From positions 70,744,001 to 70,808,000 of the forward strand of contig NW_024704742.1 of assembly GCF_018977255.1 (NCBI RefSeq): DNA of 64,000 nt, in the 5' to 3' direction. The notes under the pieces are model-generated. The model was not told the origin of the DNA and did no database searches. It worked only from the letters and a program-made list of their open reading frames with translations. Positions within the stretch are counted from its first letter, which is position 1, and each line of letters begins with the position of its first letter. Source of the stretch: Callorhinchus milii. Lineage: Eukaryota. This document shows, piece by piece, positions 24,732-36,935 of the stretch. The position numbers and the translations under genes were made by a program.

Positions 24732-25896
24732 CTTTAAGAGAAGGGCGACGGAAGGTTAGATGGCGAGCAATCATGATGGAGGCAGCAGGAGGAAAGTGGG
24801 CGATAGGGAGCTGTTCAGCCTCACAGCCACACACGGGGGAGACTTTCAGAGCTCGTGAGGATAACTCCTTTAATCTCATTTCCCTGCCTTGAGAAGTTAA
24901 ACCAATTTGACCAGGAGAGATTGCTTCTCCCAGAGAGAGGTGAGAAGGTGGGCAGCCCAGACCCTGAGGCTGTGGGGAGGAGGGTGGTGGGAGGGAGTGG
25001 GAAAGCGAATCAATTGGGAAGTTTAACAGAAAGATGATCAAATACTTGGGAAGTGACAGCTGAGAAGAAACTAATCCTTGCATTTGATACATCTTTCATA
25101 CTGAGAGGTCATCTCAAAACGTTTCACAGTATTTTACTGTAAAGTGTAGTGACTATGTGTTCTGCAGGCATACAAGACAGCCAATTTGCGCACGGAGACA
25201 TCTCACAATCAGCCAGGAAATGAGTAACTTATTTGGGGGATTTATTGGCCAGGATACCGGGAGAGAGAAACTCCCTTCTCTTTTCGAACAATGATATGAG
25301 ATCTTTAACGTCCACCTAAACAGGCAGACGGGACCTGGATTTAACGTCTCATTGAAAGCACTGCACCTCCGACAATGCAACACCCCCAGCACCCCATTGG
25401 AGTGACAGCTTAGACTGTGATTCCAAGTCCCCCACATGAGGGATTTAATGCACAACTTTCTGACTCAGAGGAAAGAGTGCAACCACTGCACCAGGCTGAC
25501 ATTCAATGGTTTTCTGTTTCATCCGTTTTACTCACAAAATACACTGTCACTCCACATTATATCCTGTTAAGTGGTTTGAGATGTCTCAACAGTGTGAGGT
25601 GCTACTGTATATCAAATGTAAGGATAGCACCTCTCTGCCAATGCAACAACACCCCATCATTGAAGTGTCAGCTTACAAAATGTGATTCCAAGATCCGGAT
25701 GTGGGATTTGAACCCACAACCTTCTGACTCCAAGGCAAGAGTGCTCCATAAAATCTGAACACCTTAATGTGTCAGCCTGGTGCAGTGATGCCACTCTGGT
25801 CTCCGAGTCAGAAGGTTGTGGCTTCAAATCTTGCCCTACAAACACACACAGGCTATAGATAAAATGGAACCGTCCCCAGTGTCGCTGAGGGCTTAC

Positions 25897-26005
25897 CTGG
25901 AGCTCTGGTGCCCAGCGTACAGCAGCACGACTGTCAGTATGTACAGGTACAGTCTGACCAGGTGCTGCAGTGGCAAGGTGAGTAACACCACACTGACCAG
26001 GTGAC
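25897..26005 (-). CDS. RNF145: RNF145-like E3 ligase, first visible coding exon (GHLVSVVLLTLPLQHLVRLYLYILTVVLLYAGHQSSR)
   Basis: Manual minus-strand translation matches RNF145 GYILSVVLLTLPRQHLVQLYLYFLTALLLYAGHQISR. Acceptor tacag and donor gtaagc; 109 nt, phases 1/2. Confidence 0.92.
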
Positions 26006-28059
26006 CTGTAATCACATACAACGGTTATCACAGCAACCACCGACTCCCCGTCAACCACAGCATGGGTTAGAGATAGAGTAAAGCTCCCTCTACACTATCC
26101 GTCCAGGCTCCCAGGTCAGCCATAGCCACAGGTTAGAGACAGAGTAAAGCTCACTCTAAACTGCTCATCCCATGTTTGCTGTATATTGTGTATTTTGTGG
26201 GCAAACATGCAGCCAATTTGTACACCGCAATGTCCCACAAACAGCCATGGAGTGAGTGACCAATTTTATCTGAGGGATTGTTGGCCAGGATACTGGGAGA
26301 GAGAAACTTTTTGTCCACCTGAACAGCCACAGACGGGACCTCAGTTTAACATCTCACCTGAAGCATGGTCCCTCCAACATATCAAAGAAAGACCAAATAA
26401 CCAAGAAATATACAGGCCAAACCTGTCATAACCCCTGCCTGTGGAGTCCCCCATAGGCTGGGTTTGCTGTACGTCCAGCGCTGAGTAGCCAAACTCCTAC
26501 ACAGAATGCTTTCCGGTGTCTAGCGATGTCCCAGCAATCTCTTAAAGACTCGCAGGAGCAGTGGGTTCAGCAGGCCTGAGGCCTGACCACTTGGATGTGC
26601 TGATCGAGAGACATTTTTTATTGTGGCTGATAATATGGGGTTCAAATTCACAGACACCAAACCCACTGTGTGATAACGGAATCAACCTGTATTTTGAAAC
26701 ACTCAAGCTCATATACTGAAGATCAGCGCAGTGATGTAGCACTGTCAGTCGCACCGTCCTTTGGTCGAGAAAGTAAAGCAAGTGCCCATCTGTGGCCTGT
26801 TTAAGCAGGTATTAAAGATCCCAGGACGCTACTTGAAAAGCAGAAGGCCGTTTCTCTCACCCGGTGTCCTGCCCGACAATCCCCCAGATCAATTGGTCAT
26901 TCGCTTTGTGGCCGGTTAGTGGGACGTTAGCTGGGAGGCAACAAACAGTCACTACAGTGGACAACAATTGAGGTATGAGATATTTCACAACGTTTTGACG
27001 TCCTGTTACTATAAAGGGCTTCAAGACACTGATCTGACATGAAAGTGCCGTTATTATTATTGTTTATATTATTTAAAGCCAGTAATTTCTGTGACACAGG
27101 TGTGTTCTGTTCCCATCCTTGGAGTGTTTGATACCAGCAATAAACGTGGGAAAGTAACAGTAATCCTCGCAGTTGATACAACGCCATTTAATAAAGGTCT
27201 TCAGCCTTTCTGCCCCTACTCTCTGGAACTCTATTCCAGAATCCCTCCGCCTTACCTCCTCCGTTGTCTCTTTCAAGGCCCATCTCAAGACCTTCCTTTT
27301 GACGATGCCTTCAGCCATCCTCCCACCCCTCTTGCCCTCCTGATTCCGACCCGCAGCTCGAGTGCAAAACCTTGACTGTCCAGCACCTTGGCCATCCTCC
27401 CAAAGTGAAAGGCACTATACATGGAATTTGCTGTTGCGACCAGTGCAGTATTTGGTGCCAACCTCAACTGCCAAATTGTCCCCAAAACAGCCATGAAATG
27501 AATGACCAACTGTGTCTGGGGGATGGTTGGCCAGGACACCAGTACAGAGAAACTGTCGTGTCTTATCGAGTAACGCCGCAGGATCTTTAAGGAAAGGAGT
27601 GAGGGATGAGGGAGGGAGTGAGGGATGGAGAGGTGATCCAGCACCTTGGGAAGTCCTCCCGACGTGAAATTAGTCTTGTTGTTGTTGTTGTTGTGATTAA
27701 CAGGTGAAGTTGGAGTTGATATTATTTGCCTCAGTTGACTTGTGAGACACCCACCACCCACACACAGACACACAGGGATCAGGATAAATGGAAACCCATT
27801 TTATTGAATAACCTTTATCCAGAATGTGAGTCTATAAACGGTACTTTGCAGTTGCTATGACGACTGCCTAAGGCTGCAGACACACATCTTGCAGGCACCA
27901 TGCTGTCAAATCTCTTTCTTCCTTAGTCCTCCTGTCTGTAAACATCACATCACATCATTTCATTGTTTTTTGATCCAGCGGAGCCCTGGGAGGCTTTGAG
28001 ATTGCTCGCAACTCAACACAGGCTGGGAGATTAGATCAAAGCTTTGAAATGTCAGGGCT

Positions 28060-28107
<48 letters not shown>

Positions 28108-28639
28108 CGTTTTTTTTGGTCAGCCGGGTATCTGACACATACAGAAACCCATCCCCATGCTTAAGAGTCTCCAAACCCAAACTGAGAATTCCCATGCATC
28201 CCACCTACACATTGAAATTCCAAAGATATTCATTGGAAAGGAAAGCGGACTCTCTCCCTGGAGGGACACATCCTGCTTACCTAATTCCAGAGTATTGGGT
28301 GCAGGTTGGCAAGAGCCAAGGCTTGGGGACCCAAGAGTGTGGGTTGAGGTAAATGCTGGAACCCAACCAGCTAAAACTGCAGAGCTTGCCATTGATATTG
28401 CTGTCTGGCAAGCTTTCCCGCTGCTTGTCCTGCTTTGAAGACTACCTGGTGGCTGTATGAGGGTGTGTTATTTCATCTCTATCTGGCCCAGTAAACTGCT
28501 TTGTCTGGTAGGGAATAATAATAATAATCGTTACACTTGATATAGCGCCTTATCACGTCATCGAGATGCCTCAAAGCGCTTCACAGGATATACTGTAAAG
28601 TGAATTGACTGTATTCTGTGGGCGAAAAGATTAAGAGAA

Positions 28640-29305
28640 TTAAGGAGAGGGGGAGTGAGAGAAAACGAGAGAGAGAGAAGAAAAGCGAATGAGAGGGGGA
28701 GAGGGAGCAAGATAGAATGAGAAAGAAGAAACAAGACATGAGACTGAGAGAGAAAGAAAGCAAAACAAGTACAAGAGAACAAGAGAGAGAGAGAGAATGT
28801 GAGTGAGGGATAGAGAGAAAAGTGAGGGAGAGAAAGAGAGTGAGGGAGGGAGAGTGTGATGGAGGGAGAGAGAGTGAGAGATAGAATGAGAGTGAGGGAG
28901 GGAGAGAGTGTGGGAGAGAAGAAAGCATGGAAGAATTAAGGAGAAAGAGAGAACAAGACACAGAGGGTGAGAATAAGACAGGGAATCAGTGAGAGAACGA
29001 CAGAGACACTATCATCACACAGTGTTTGTGAAAGAGTTTGTATGACAGCGAGAGAGAATGAGAAAGGCTGAGAGAGACTGAGTGAAAGTGTGAGAATGAG
29101 AGTTTGAGAGATAGAGTGGGGCAGAATGATAGAGTGTAAGAGAGAACGAGAGAAGTTGAAGAAGAATGAGAGTATGAGAGAATAAAATGTATGAGAGAAA
29201 TAGTGTGAGACAATAAGAGAGACTGAGACAGAACGAAAGATAGTGAGAAAGAATAAGGGAGAATGTGAGATAGAGAATGGTAGCAAAATTAAGAATGAGA
29301 GAGTG
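28640..29305. repeat. (GA)-rich low-complexity tract (duplicated at ~50195-50862)
   Basis: Degenerate gaga repeats. Confidence 0.9.
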
Positions 29306-32300
29306 TTTTTTTGTCAGTTGAGTGGCCGACCCACGCAGAAACCCATCACCGTGCTTAAGAGAATCCAAACCAGACCAGAGTTCCCCATATGTATGTCACC
29401 TACAATGTTTCAAAAGAAATGTACATTCTCTAATCCCAGAGAATGCTTGGGGACCCCAGAGTATGTGTTGGGATAACAGCTAGAGTATAACCAGCTGAAC
29501 CACACGACTAGTCATTGATATCCCTGTCTGGCAAGATTCCCATTGTTAGTCCAGTTAGGACCACCCTACCCTTTGGAGCTTTGGCTTACAGGGTTAACAG
29601 GGCTGAGTGGAGGATTCCCGCCCCCAGTGACTGGTCCTGCCAAGTCCTGCGATGAGCCAGGCTGGCTGGGCTGCCATCAGCAGTGCCCTGGAATACTGCA
29701 GATCCCCCTGGTTCAGGAACTGAACTAAAGACAGTCACAGAGGGTGGGCTCGATTCAGACATTACATTGACAAACATGTCATCTTGGAGCCAGTTCAAGT
29801 CCAAGGAGACCCTGCTTACCTCCCCCCAAAGAGGATAGTCACTAGTTGGTCATTTGTCATCTGACAAGCACGGTTTGAGCTCTCACTAGGTGGATGGTCG
29901 ATACCAGGAACTCCCTGCTAGTTTCCTGTTGGGCAATACATCTCAGCACAAAATGTTTGAGAGCATTGCCACTCCATCTTCCTATCCACAGCTCGGGCAC
30001 ACATCCCTTCCCATTGAGCAATGGTTTCACCAGTTGGAGGTTTAGGGCTTGAGCAGCAGCTGTGTATCTGCCTTCAGCTTGGGGGAGGACCTTTACAGGA
30101 CAGCTTGTGACGTGACAACCACTGTGATGCTCTAGAGGTCCAACTCCAGTGCCATGCGGGGCTCACTCAACACCATAATCCTTGCACTTGATATAGCGTC
30201 TTATCATGTTGTTGAGACATCTAAAAGCACTTGACAGATTATATTGTAAAGTGACTTAACTGTGTATTTGTGAGTGAAATGCGGCAGATAATTGCGCACA
30301 GCAGTGTCCCACAGTCGTAGATTGAGTGACCAATTTTTGGGGGACTGATTATAATATAATAATACTTGCATTTGATATAGTGCTTTTACGTCTCTGGAGG
30401 ACGTCCCAAAGCGCCGCACAGAATAACTGTAAAGTGAATTTGACTGTATCTTGTGGAGCGAACTGCGCAGCTAATGCCAGCATAGTGTCCCAAAACAGTC
30501 GTGTTTGAATGACCAATTTATTATTGTTTTGGTTTTTGAGGGAATTATTATTAGCGTGTGTGAGTAAGAAACTTGCCCAAGGTTTCGCCCTGCCTGGAAC
30601 CATAACTCAGTCTCTCGCTTGCAGGCGATGCTCTAACCACTGAGCCAGGACTCCACAGCGGATTATTGATCCATAAGACAATCTGCAAATCGACTAACAA
30701 CCGGGCTCCTAGTTACTGCTAGGTAAACAGAGCCGTGTGGCATAAGGAAAATTGCCCAAGGTTTCGTCCCGCCTGGGAATCAAACCTAGGTCGATTGATA
30801 TCATGCCTGTGAAATTTTGCACAATATTTAAGAAATAAAAACATCGTCCAAACCAGAAGTGGATTAAAAAAATTCCACTATTAAATTTTAAGACAAAATG
30901 ACACTTGTCAGAACAATGGAATTTGGAGAGTTGATTTAGTATTCAGTTTGATCTACTTTGCACATCTTTAAGAACTTCACAGTGAACTGCTGCCATAGTG
31001 TAGTTCCTGTGTATGCTGTATGCATGCTATGTGTCAGCCTGGTTCAGTGGTAGCGCTCTTGCTTCTGAGTAATAAGGTTGTGGGTTCAAGCCCCCATGTC
31101 GGGATTTGGAATCACATAGTCTAAGATGACGCTCCAATGCAATGCTGCAGTTGTGTTCCATTGTCGGCGATGCCGTTGTTCAGATGAGACATAAACCAAG
31201 GTCCCATCTATCTGTTCAGGTATTAAAGATCCCATGGCACTAATCGGAGATTTTCCATGTCCTGACCAACAATCCCCAGATAAAATTGTTCACTGACTGT
31301 TTGTGGGACATTGCTGTATGCAACTGGCTGCCATGTTTTTCTCACAAAATACACAATGACTCCACTTTACAGTATATCCTGTAAAGCACTTAGTGGCATC
31401 TCAATTATGTGATAGGGCACTACATAAAATACAAGGATTATTATTATTAAGCAAACGTGGCAGCCACTTGTACACAGCACAATGTCACAAACAGCCAGGA
31501 GGTGTTTGACTGTTAGCTGGAAGCATTGTCAGTCAGGACTCCGTGAGAGAGAAACTCCCTGCATAGTCTTCACAGATGCACGTGTAAAATGTAATTGGTG
31601 ACTGTGTATTTGCAGTTCAGTGCACAAGAAAGTGACCATCAGACACATTGAATAAACCTTTTAATAAATACCACACAAGGAGGAAGGGAGGGGAGGGAGT
31701 GTAGGAGGAGGGAGTGTAAGAGGGAGGGAGGGAAGAGAGGAAGGAAGGAGGCAGGGAGGGAGGGGAAAAAAGGAGAGAAAGAAGTACAGAATGAAGGAAA
31801 AAAGTGGAAAGAAAGATAGACGGAAGAAGGAGGGAGGGAGGGAGGGAGAGAGGGATGCATGCAACCAGTAACATTTTCCATTTCGGAGACTGACTGACTG
31901 AATGGAACGAGAGAGAAGAGCATATTACAAGACAGAAGCATTTCAACACTGCAAGAAATGAGTATTAAGAGCTGCGTGTCAAATTTCGGCCCCAGGCCTC
32001 CTGGGCAATAGAGAGGGGCAGGGGCACATTCTGACACAAAGCATCACCACTGTAGAGTGCTCACAGGGCAGGGAATCAGAGACGGGTGATTAGGATAGGG
32101 GGTGGAGGCAATCAATGCTTGTTAATTTGTGATATTCGCTTACAGAATATCTATTCTCTAATAGTCTTTCCTAACCTTTTCTAATGGAGTCCTGTAGCTC
32201 AGTGGTTAGAGCATTCGCCTCGCAAGCGAGAGATCTGGGTTTGGTTCCTGGCAGGGCGAAACCTTGGGCAAGTATTCTTACTACACACGGCTGATAATAT

Positions 32301-33401
32301 TCCCTCAACAAAAAAAAACAATAATAAATTGGTCACTTCAAACCACGACTGTTTCTGGGACACTCATGTGTGCAATTAGCTGTCGCGATTCGTCCACAAG
32401 CATACAGTCAAATTCACTTTACAATTTATTCTGTGCGGCGCTTTGAGACGTCTAGAAGACGTAAAAAGCACTATATCAAATGCAAGGATTATTATTATTA
32501 TTATCATTCCCCCATTTTTCTCTTGCTGCCTGAATCTTTTTTTTTACAAATTAGACACCCCCACTCCCCTTCCCTTGTCATTTTGGGGTCTTGATTTCCT
32601 TATCAGTTTGTATTGAGAGAACAAAGCAATGTTCTTGAACTTACATTCCATACTGACACACCAATGCAGCAATGGAAGTAGTATGGGTGGGAGAGAAAAT
32701 GGTGCTTTACATTGTCTGAGGTGCTGTCCTTCACAATGAGACATTGAACCGAGATACTATCTACACCTGTCCAGGTGGACGTTAAAGATCCCGCAGCGCT
32801 ACTGGAAAAGAGAAGGGAATTTCTCTCTCCCGTTGTCCTGGCCGACAATCCTCCAGATTAATTCACCATTCACCCATAACTGCTTGGGGTTGCTGCATTT
32901 GCCTACAAAGATAAACAGTTACCAGATTTAATAATTGCTATTAAGGAGTCTTAAACTATTAAGGTGCAAAAAACATACAAGTTAATTAGTTCTTTACACT
33001 ATTAATTATTAATACAGTCAAGAAGTGTTAGAGAGAGCTCCAGAGGGGAGTGAGCAGCAGCATAGACACAATGGGGAAAGAGCAGGGGAATGGGATTAGA
33101 GCTTGGGAAATAGCAAATGTATGGAATTGGAGAAGAGAGCTCCAGTGGGGAGCGGGTACCCTCACTGAAGCACGTTAACCACTACGCTACATGATTCCAT
33201 ATTACATATCTGTAACTTAGAAAGAAAATTTTAAAAATTCCTGTTTCCCTCACAAAATACACAGTCAGTCCACTTTACAGTATATTCTGTGAAACGTGTT
33301 GAGAAGTCTTAACAATGTGATAAGGTGCTACATCAAATGCAAGGATTATTAATATTATTAACTCAGCTACATGTGTGATCAAACCTGTTGCAAACTTCCT
33401 T

Positions 33402-34591
33402 TTAGGCGTTTTCATGATGCTCCCAGGGAATCGGGTCCTGGTCAACCGCAGCTTTAGTGTTCTCTCTGTCCTGCCAGAAGTGGCGAACATCTGGGAGCAG
33501 TTGGTCGATTGGGCTTTGGCAGATGTCCACATTCTGCAGGGTTGAGATGGTCTGGAGGTGCCCCAAGGCACTGTTTCCTCTTCTCCCTGGTCCTTTCCCT
33601 TCTCTCTCTCCCTCCAGCTCCTCAGAAGTGCTCCTAGGTGCCTGCCTGCATCGAACCGCTGACCAAATATCCCTCAACCCATCCCTGAACTCCCTGGACA
33701 TGGCAGAGACTATCACAGGGTTCACTGTGCAACCCAGGAAAAGTAGAACTTGGGAGAGGACCATCAGGGAAACAGGGGGCTTGGAGCTCCCAGTGTCTCT
33801 GTGTCTAAGCCAGATCCAGGTAATCCAATCTGGGAGCCTTAGGAGAGCAAATGCCAAGCTGAGGGCAAGCACCATGATGGAAACCCTCCTGGTCTGGTAT
33901 CTTGGGTTGATGGTCCTATTTCTCTGGGGTGTTCCGGGCAGCAGGAGAGCTTTGATGGGGCAAACGATGGAAAAAGCCAGTGGGAGGCAGTAAGCCAAGA
34001 CAGGGTAAGCTTTGCTGAAGACCCACATGAACCTTGTGCCGTGGCTGGGCACCTGGAACAAGCAATAGGTGGCTAGCTGGCTCTGCTGTGTGGTGGAGAA
34101 GAGCCAGTGAGGGATGGGCAATAGGATGGAGGCTGTTAAGCCAGACAAAGCCAAGATAGCAGTGGCTGGTTGAGGCTTGAGGTGGTCAGGTTTAGTAGGT
34201 TGGCTGACTTGCCTGTAACTTGCATGTCCCAAAGCGGCCAGGCAAAAAGCTTTGGTGGTCAACAAGGCTTGTAGGATGTAATCCGAGGACTTGCAAGCCA
34301 GGCGCCCCAAAGTCCAAGTTGGCTTTGAGTAGACAGCGGCTCGGATTGGAAGGCAAAGCAGGAGGATGAGAAAGTCTGTGGAGCTCAGACCAAGATCCAA
34401 GTGTTGACAGCCGATCTCCTGCCTTTTCTGAGGTCCATGGTCAAACCCATCGCTACCAGGACATTGCCAGACAAGCCCAGAAGGCAGATCACCCCGAGGA
34501 TTACAGGCAAAGAGGTCCTAAAGTCCCCATCCTCCAAATATTGGGATCCCCCGGCCAACTCCAACAGGTCGCTACTGCTGGAGATGTTCAT
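33402..34591 (-). pseudogene. GPR151: GPR151-like copy with 1-bp frameshift (true pseudogene or consensus error)
   Basis: Otherwise appears identical to 54995-56185, but is 1190 nt rather than 1191. gagctcAgac at 34381-90 versus gagctcAAgac in copy 2 gives ...NTWILV-stop in TM2. Confidence 0.75.
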
Positions 34592-36664
34592 TGCGGTGAT
34601 GTGGTGAGGAGCTGTCCGCCGTAACTGTGGTGCTGAAAGCGTCCAGAACAGGCATAAAGGCAAGGCAGGTGGTCAGCCTGGGCTGGGATGTGATGGGAAG
34701 GGGTGACGGGGGGAGAGAGAGAGAGAGAGAGAGGAGGTGAGGGTGGATAGGGAGACAGAGGGAGGAGGCAGGTTTGCTCAGAGACTCTCGTAAGCAGGAC
34801 ACGTCAAAGCAAAGGGGGAGGTCTATGCATTTTCTCTGAGAAATAGATTTCTAACTCCTACAATCCGCCCATTGAGTCAGGAAGCACTCAATTGGCATCC
34901 AGGATTGTTAACTCTTAGTGTGCCAGGGTCTCTCAGCAATAGCTACCAGGGGAGAGAAATTCCACCAGGGTCCAGATTTTCTCCAGTGATCTAACTCTTT
35001 CTGAATGAATTGTCCCACACATAGGACTTGCATTTGATACAGCAGTTTTACAGTATATTCTGTGTAGAGCTTTGAGACAACAACAACTTGCATTTATATA
35101 GCGCTCCTCGTGCAGGGCAGCATCCCAGAGCGCTTGACGTCGCAACGATATAATAAGGTGCAAGGATTAATATTATTACCACGTCCTCAAGACAACTTGA
35201 AGTGCTTCACAGATTTTACCGTAAAATGTAGTGACTGTGTATTTTGTGGAGGAAATGCTGCTGCCAGTTTACCCACAGTAAAGTCTCACAAACAGCCATG
35301 AAGTGAATGAACGATTTTATCTGGGGGATTGTCGGCCATGACACCAGGAGAGAGAAACTCCCTTTTCTTTTTGAATAGCGCCGCGGGATCTTTAACATCC
35401 ACCTGAAACGAAACAGACCGAAGCTCAGTTTAACGTCTCATCCAAAGGACAAAATTAATAATGATTTTTGTATTTGATTTTGTATCTTACAGCACTCTGA
35501 GATGCTATCCTGCATTAAGTGTGCTATATTAATGCAAATTTTTGTTGTTAAATTCATCAAAATGTCTCAAAGCACTTCACAGGATTGTTACTGTAAAAGT
35601 GTATTGCCTGTGTATTTTGTAGGCAAAAGCAGCACCCTATTTCTACACAGCAATGTCCCATAAATAATAATAATCTTTGCATTTGATATCGCACCTTATC
35701 ATGGTGTTCAAGACATTTTAAAGTGTTTCACAGAATATATTGTACAGTGAATTGACTGTACATTTTATGGGAGAAACATGGCAGCCAATTGCACACAGCA
35801 GTGTCCCACAAACTATCGAGAATTGAATGACCAAATTATTAGTATTATTTTTGAAGGGATTATTATCCCAGAAAAGCGATCCGTTAATCAACTATACTTA
35901 AAGACAGAAGACCAATTGGCCCATTGTGTCTGTGCTGGCTCTTTTAAAGAGCAATCCTTTCATACGTAATTTCGTTTTCAAGAGTCAATCAACTCTGAGA
36001 CACTACCCTGCATGGAGGGTGCTATAAGTGCAAGTTGTTGTTGTAATTTACCTGCCTTTTCCCCACACCCCTGCAGTTTATGCCTTTCTAGGTAAATAAA
36101 GGTTCCCTTTTGAAAACTAAAATGGATTCTGCCTGAACCACCTCTCCATCAGGACATTCCATGTCCTAACCATTCTGTGTGAAAAAAATCCTAACCTCCC
36201 CATTTGCTCGTTTACTAACTGTCTTAAATTGATGCCCTCTAGTCACTGACTCAATAACCAGTGGAAATATAGTCTCCCGATTGATTGCCTATATACCAAA
36301 ACCCCTCATCATTTTAAAGACTTTGATAAATGTCACCCCTCAATCGTTTTTGTTCCAATGGAAAACATTTCAGATCCTCCGGTCTCTGTTCTGAAATAAT
36401 AATTCTTGCATTTGATATAGCGCCTTATCACATCATTGAGATGCCTTAAAGCACTTCATCGAATACACTGTAAAGTGAATTGACTGTATATTTTTGTGGG
36501 CGAAATGCAGCAGCGAATGGATTGTGTGACCAAATTATTATTACTTAAATCCTGTATTAATAGAGTAAACCTAAATGGAATTTCAATCTCAATAGTGTCA
36601 GTCCTACCATTAAAGACTTATTTTATGTGTCTCTGTGGAATACATTTCATTATGCTGTGTGTTG

Positions 36665-36935
36665 TCTCTATATAGAAAAAGATTAAGAGGTGACCTGATT
36701 GAAGTCTTGATGATTCTGAAGGATCATGATAGGGTGAATAGTGACAGGTCATTTCACTCGTCACAAGTTAGTTATGACCGGGCACAAATTTAAGACAATG
36801 ATAAAGAGGGAAATTAAAGGGGAGGTGACAACTTGGATTCTCTGTCATCAATCCAAATTGAAGCAGAGTCTGTTAATTTTTTTTAAAAGGGAGGGAGATA
36901 GATGCTTGATAAGGATGAATATTAAAGGGATGTGT
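36665..36935 (+). mobile_element. CR1 LINE ORF2 C-terminal remnant; similar remnants near 2025-2195, 22450-22930 and 35900-36390
   Basis: gaaaaagattaagaggtgacctgattgaagtc encodes RLRGDLIEV, the conserved CR1 C-terminal motif. Confidence 0.65.

Noticed and set aside
26500..26600. LLNPLLLRVF and CWDI peptides as the missing RNF145 first exon
   Set aside because: They lie in different frames with stops and the wrong spacing relative to LNVALRVPS...RWDV; probably chance.
32185..32260. tRNA-Ala(CGC)-like sequences (also at 3691, 41583, 45330 and others)
   Set aside because: Each continues directly into the same SINE body and has a mismatched acceptor stem; these are SINE heads, not tRNA genes.
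33457..33993. 178-aa plus-strand ORF (and its twin at 55050-55586)
   Set aside because: Antisense shadow of the GPR151-like CDS with no independent evidence.
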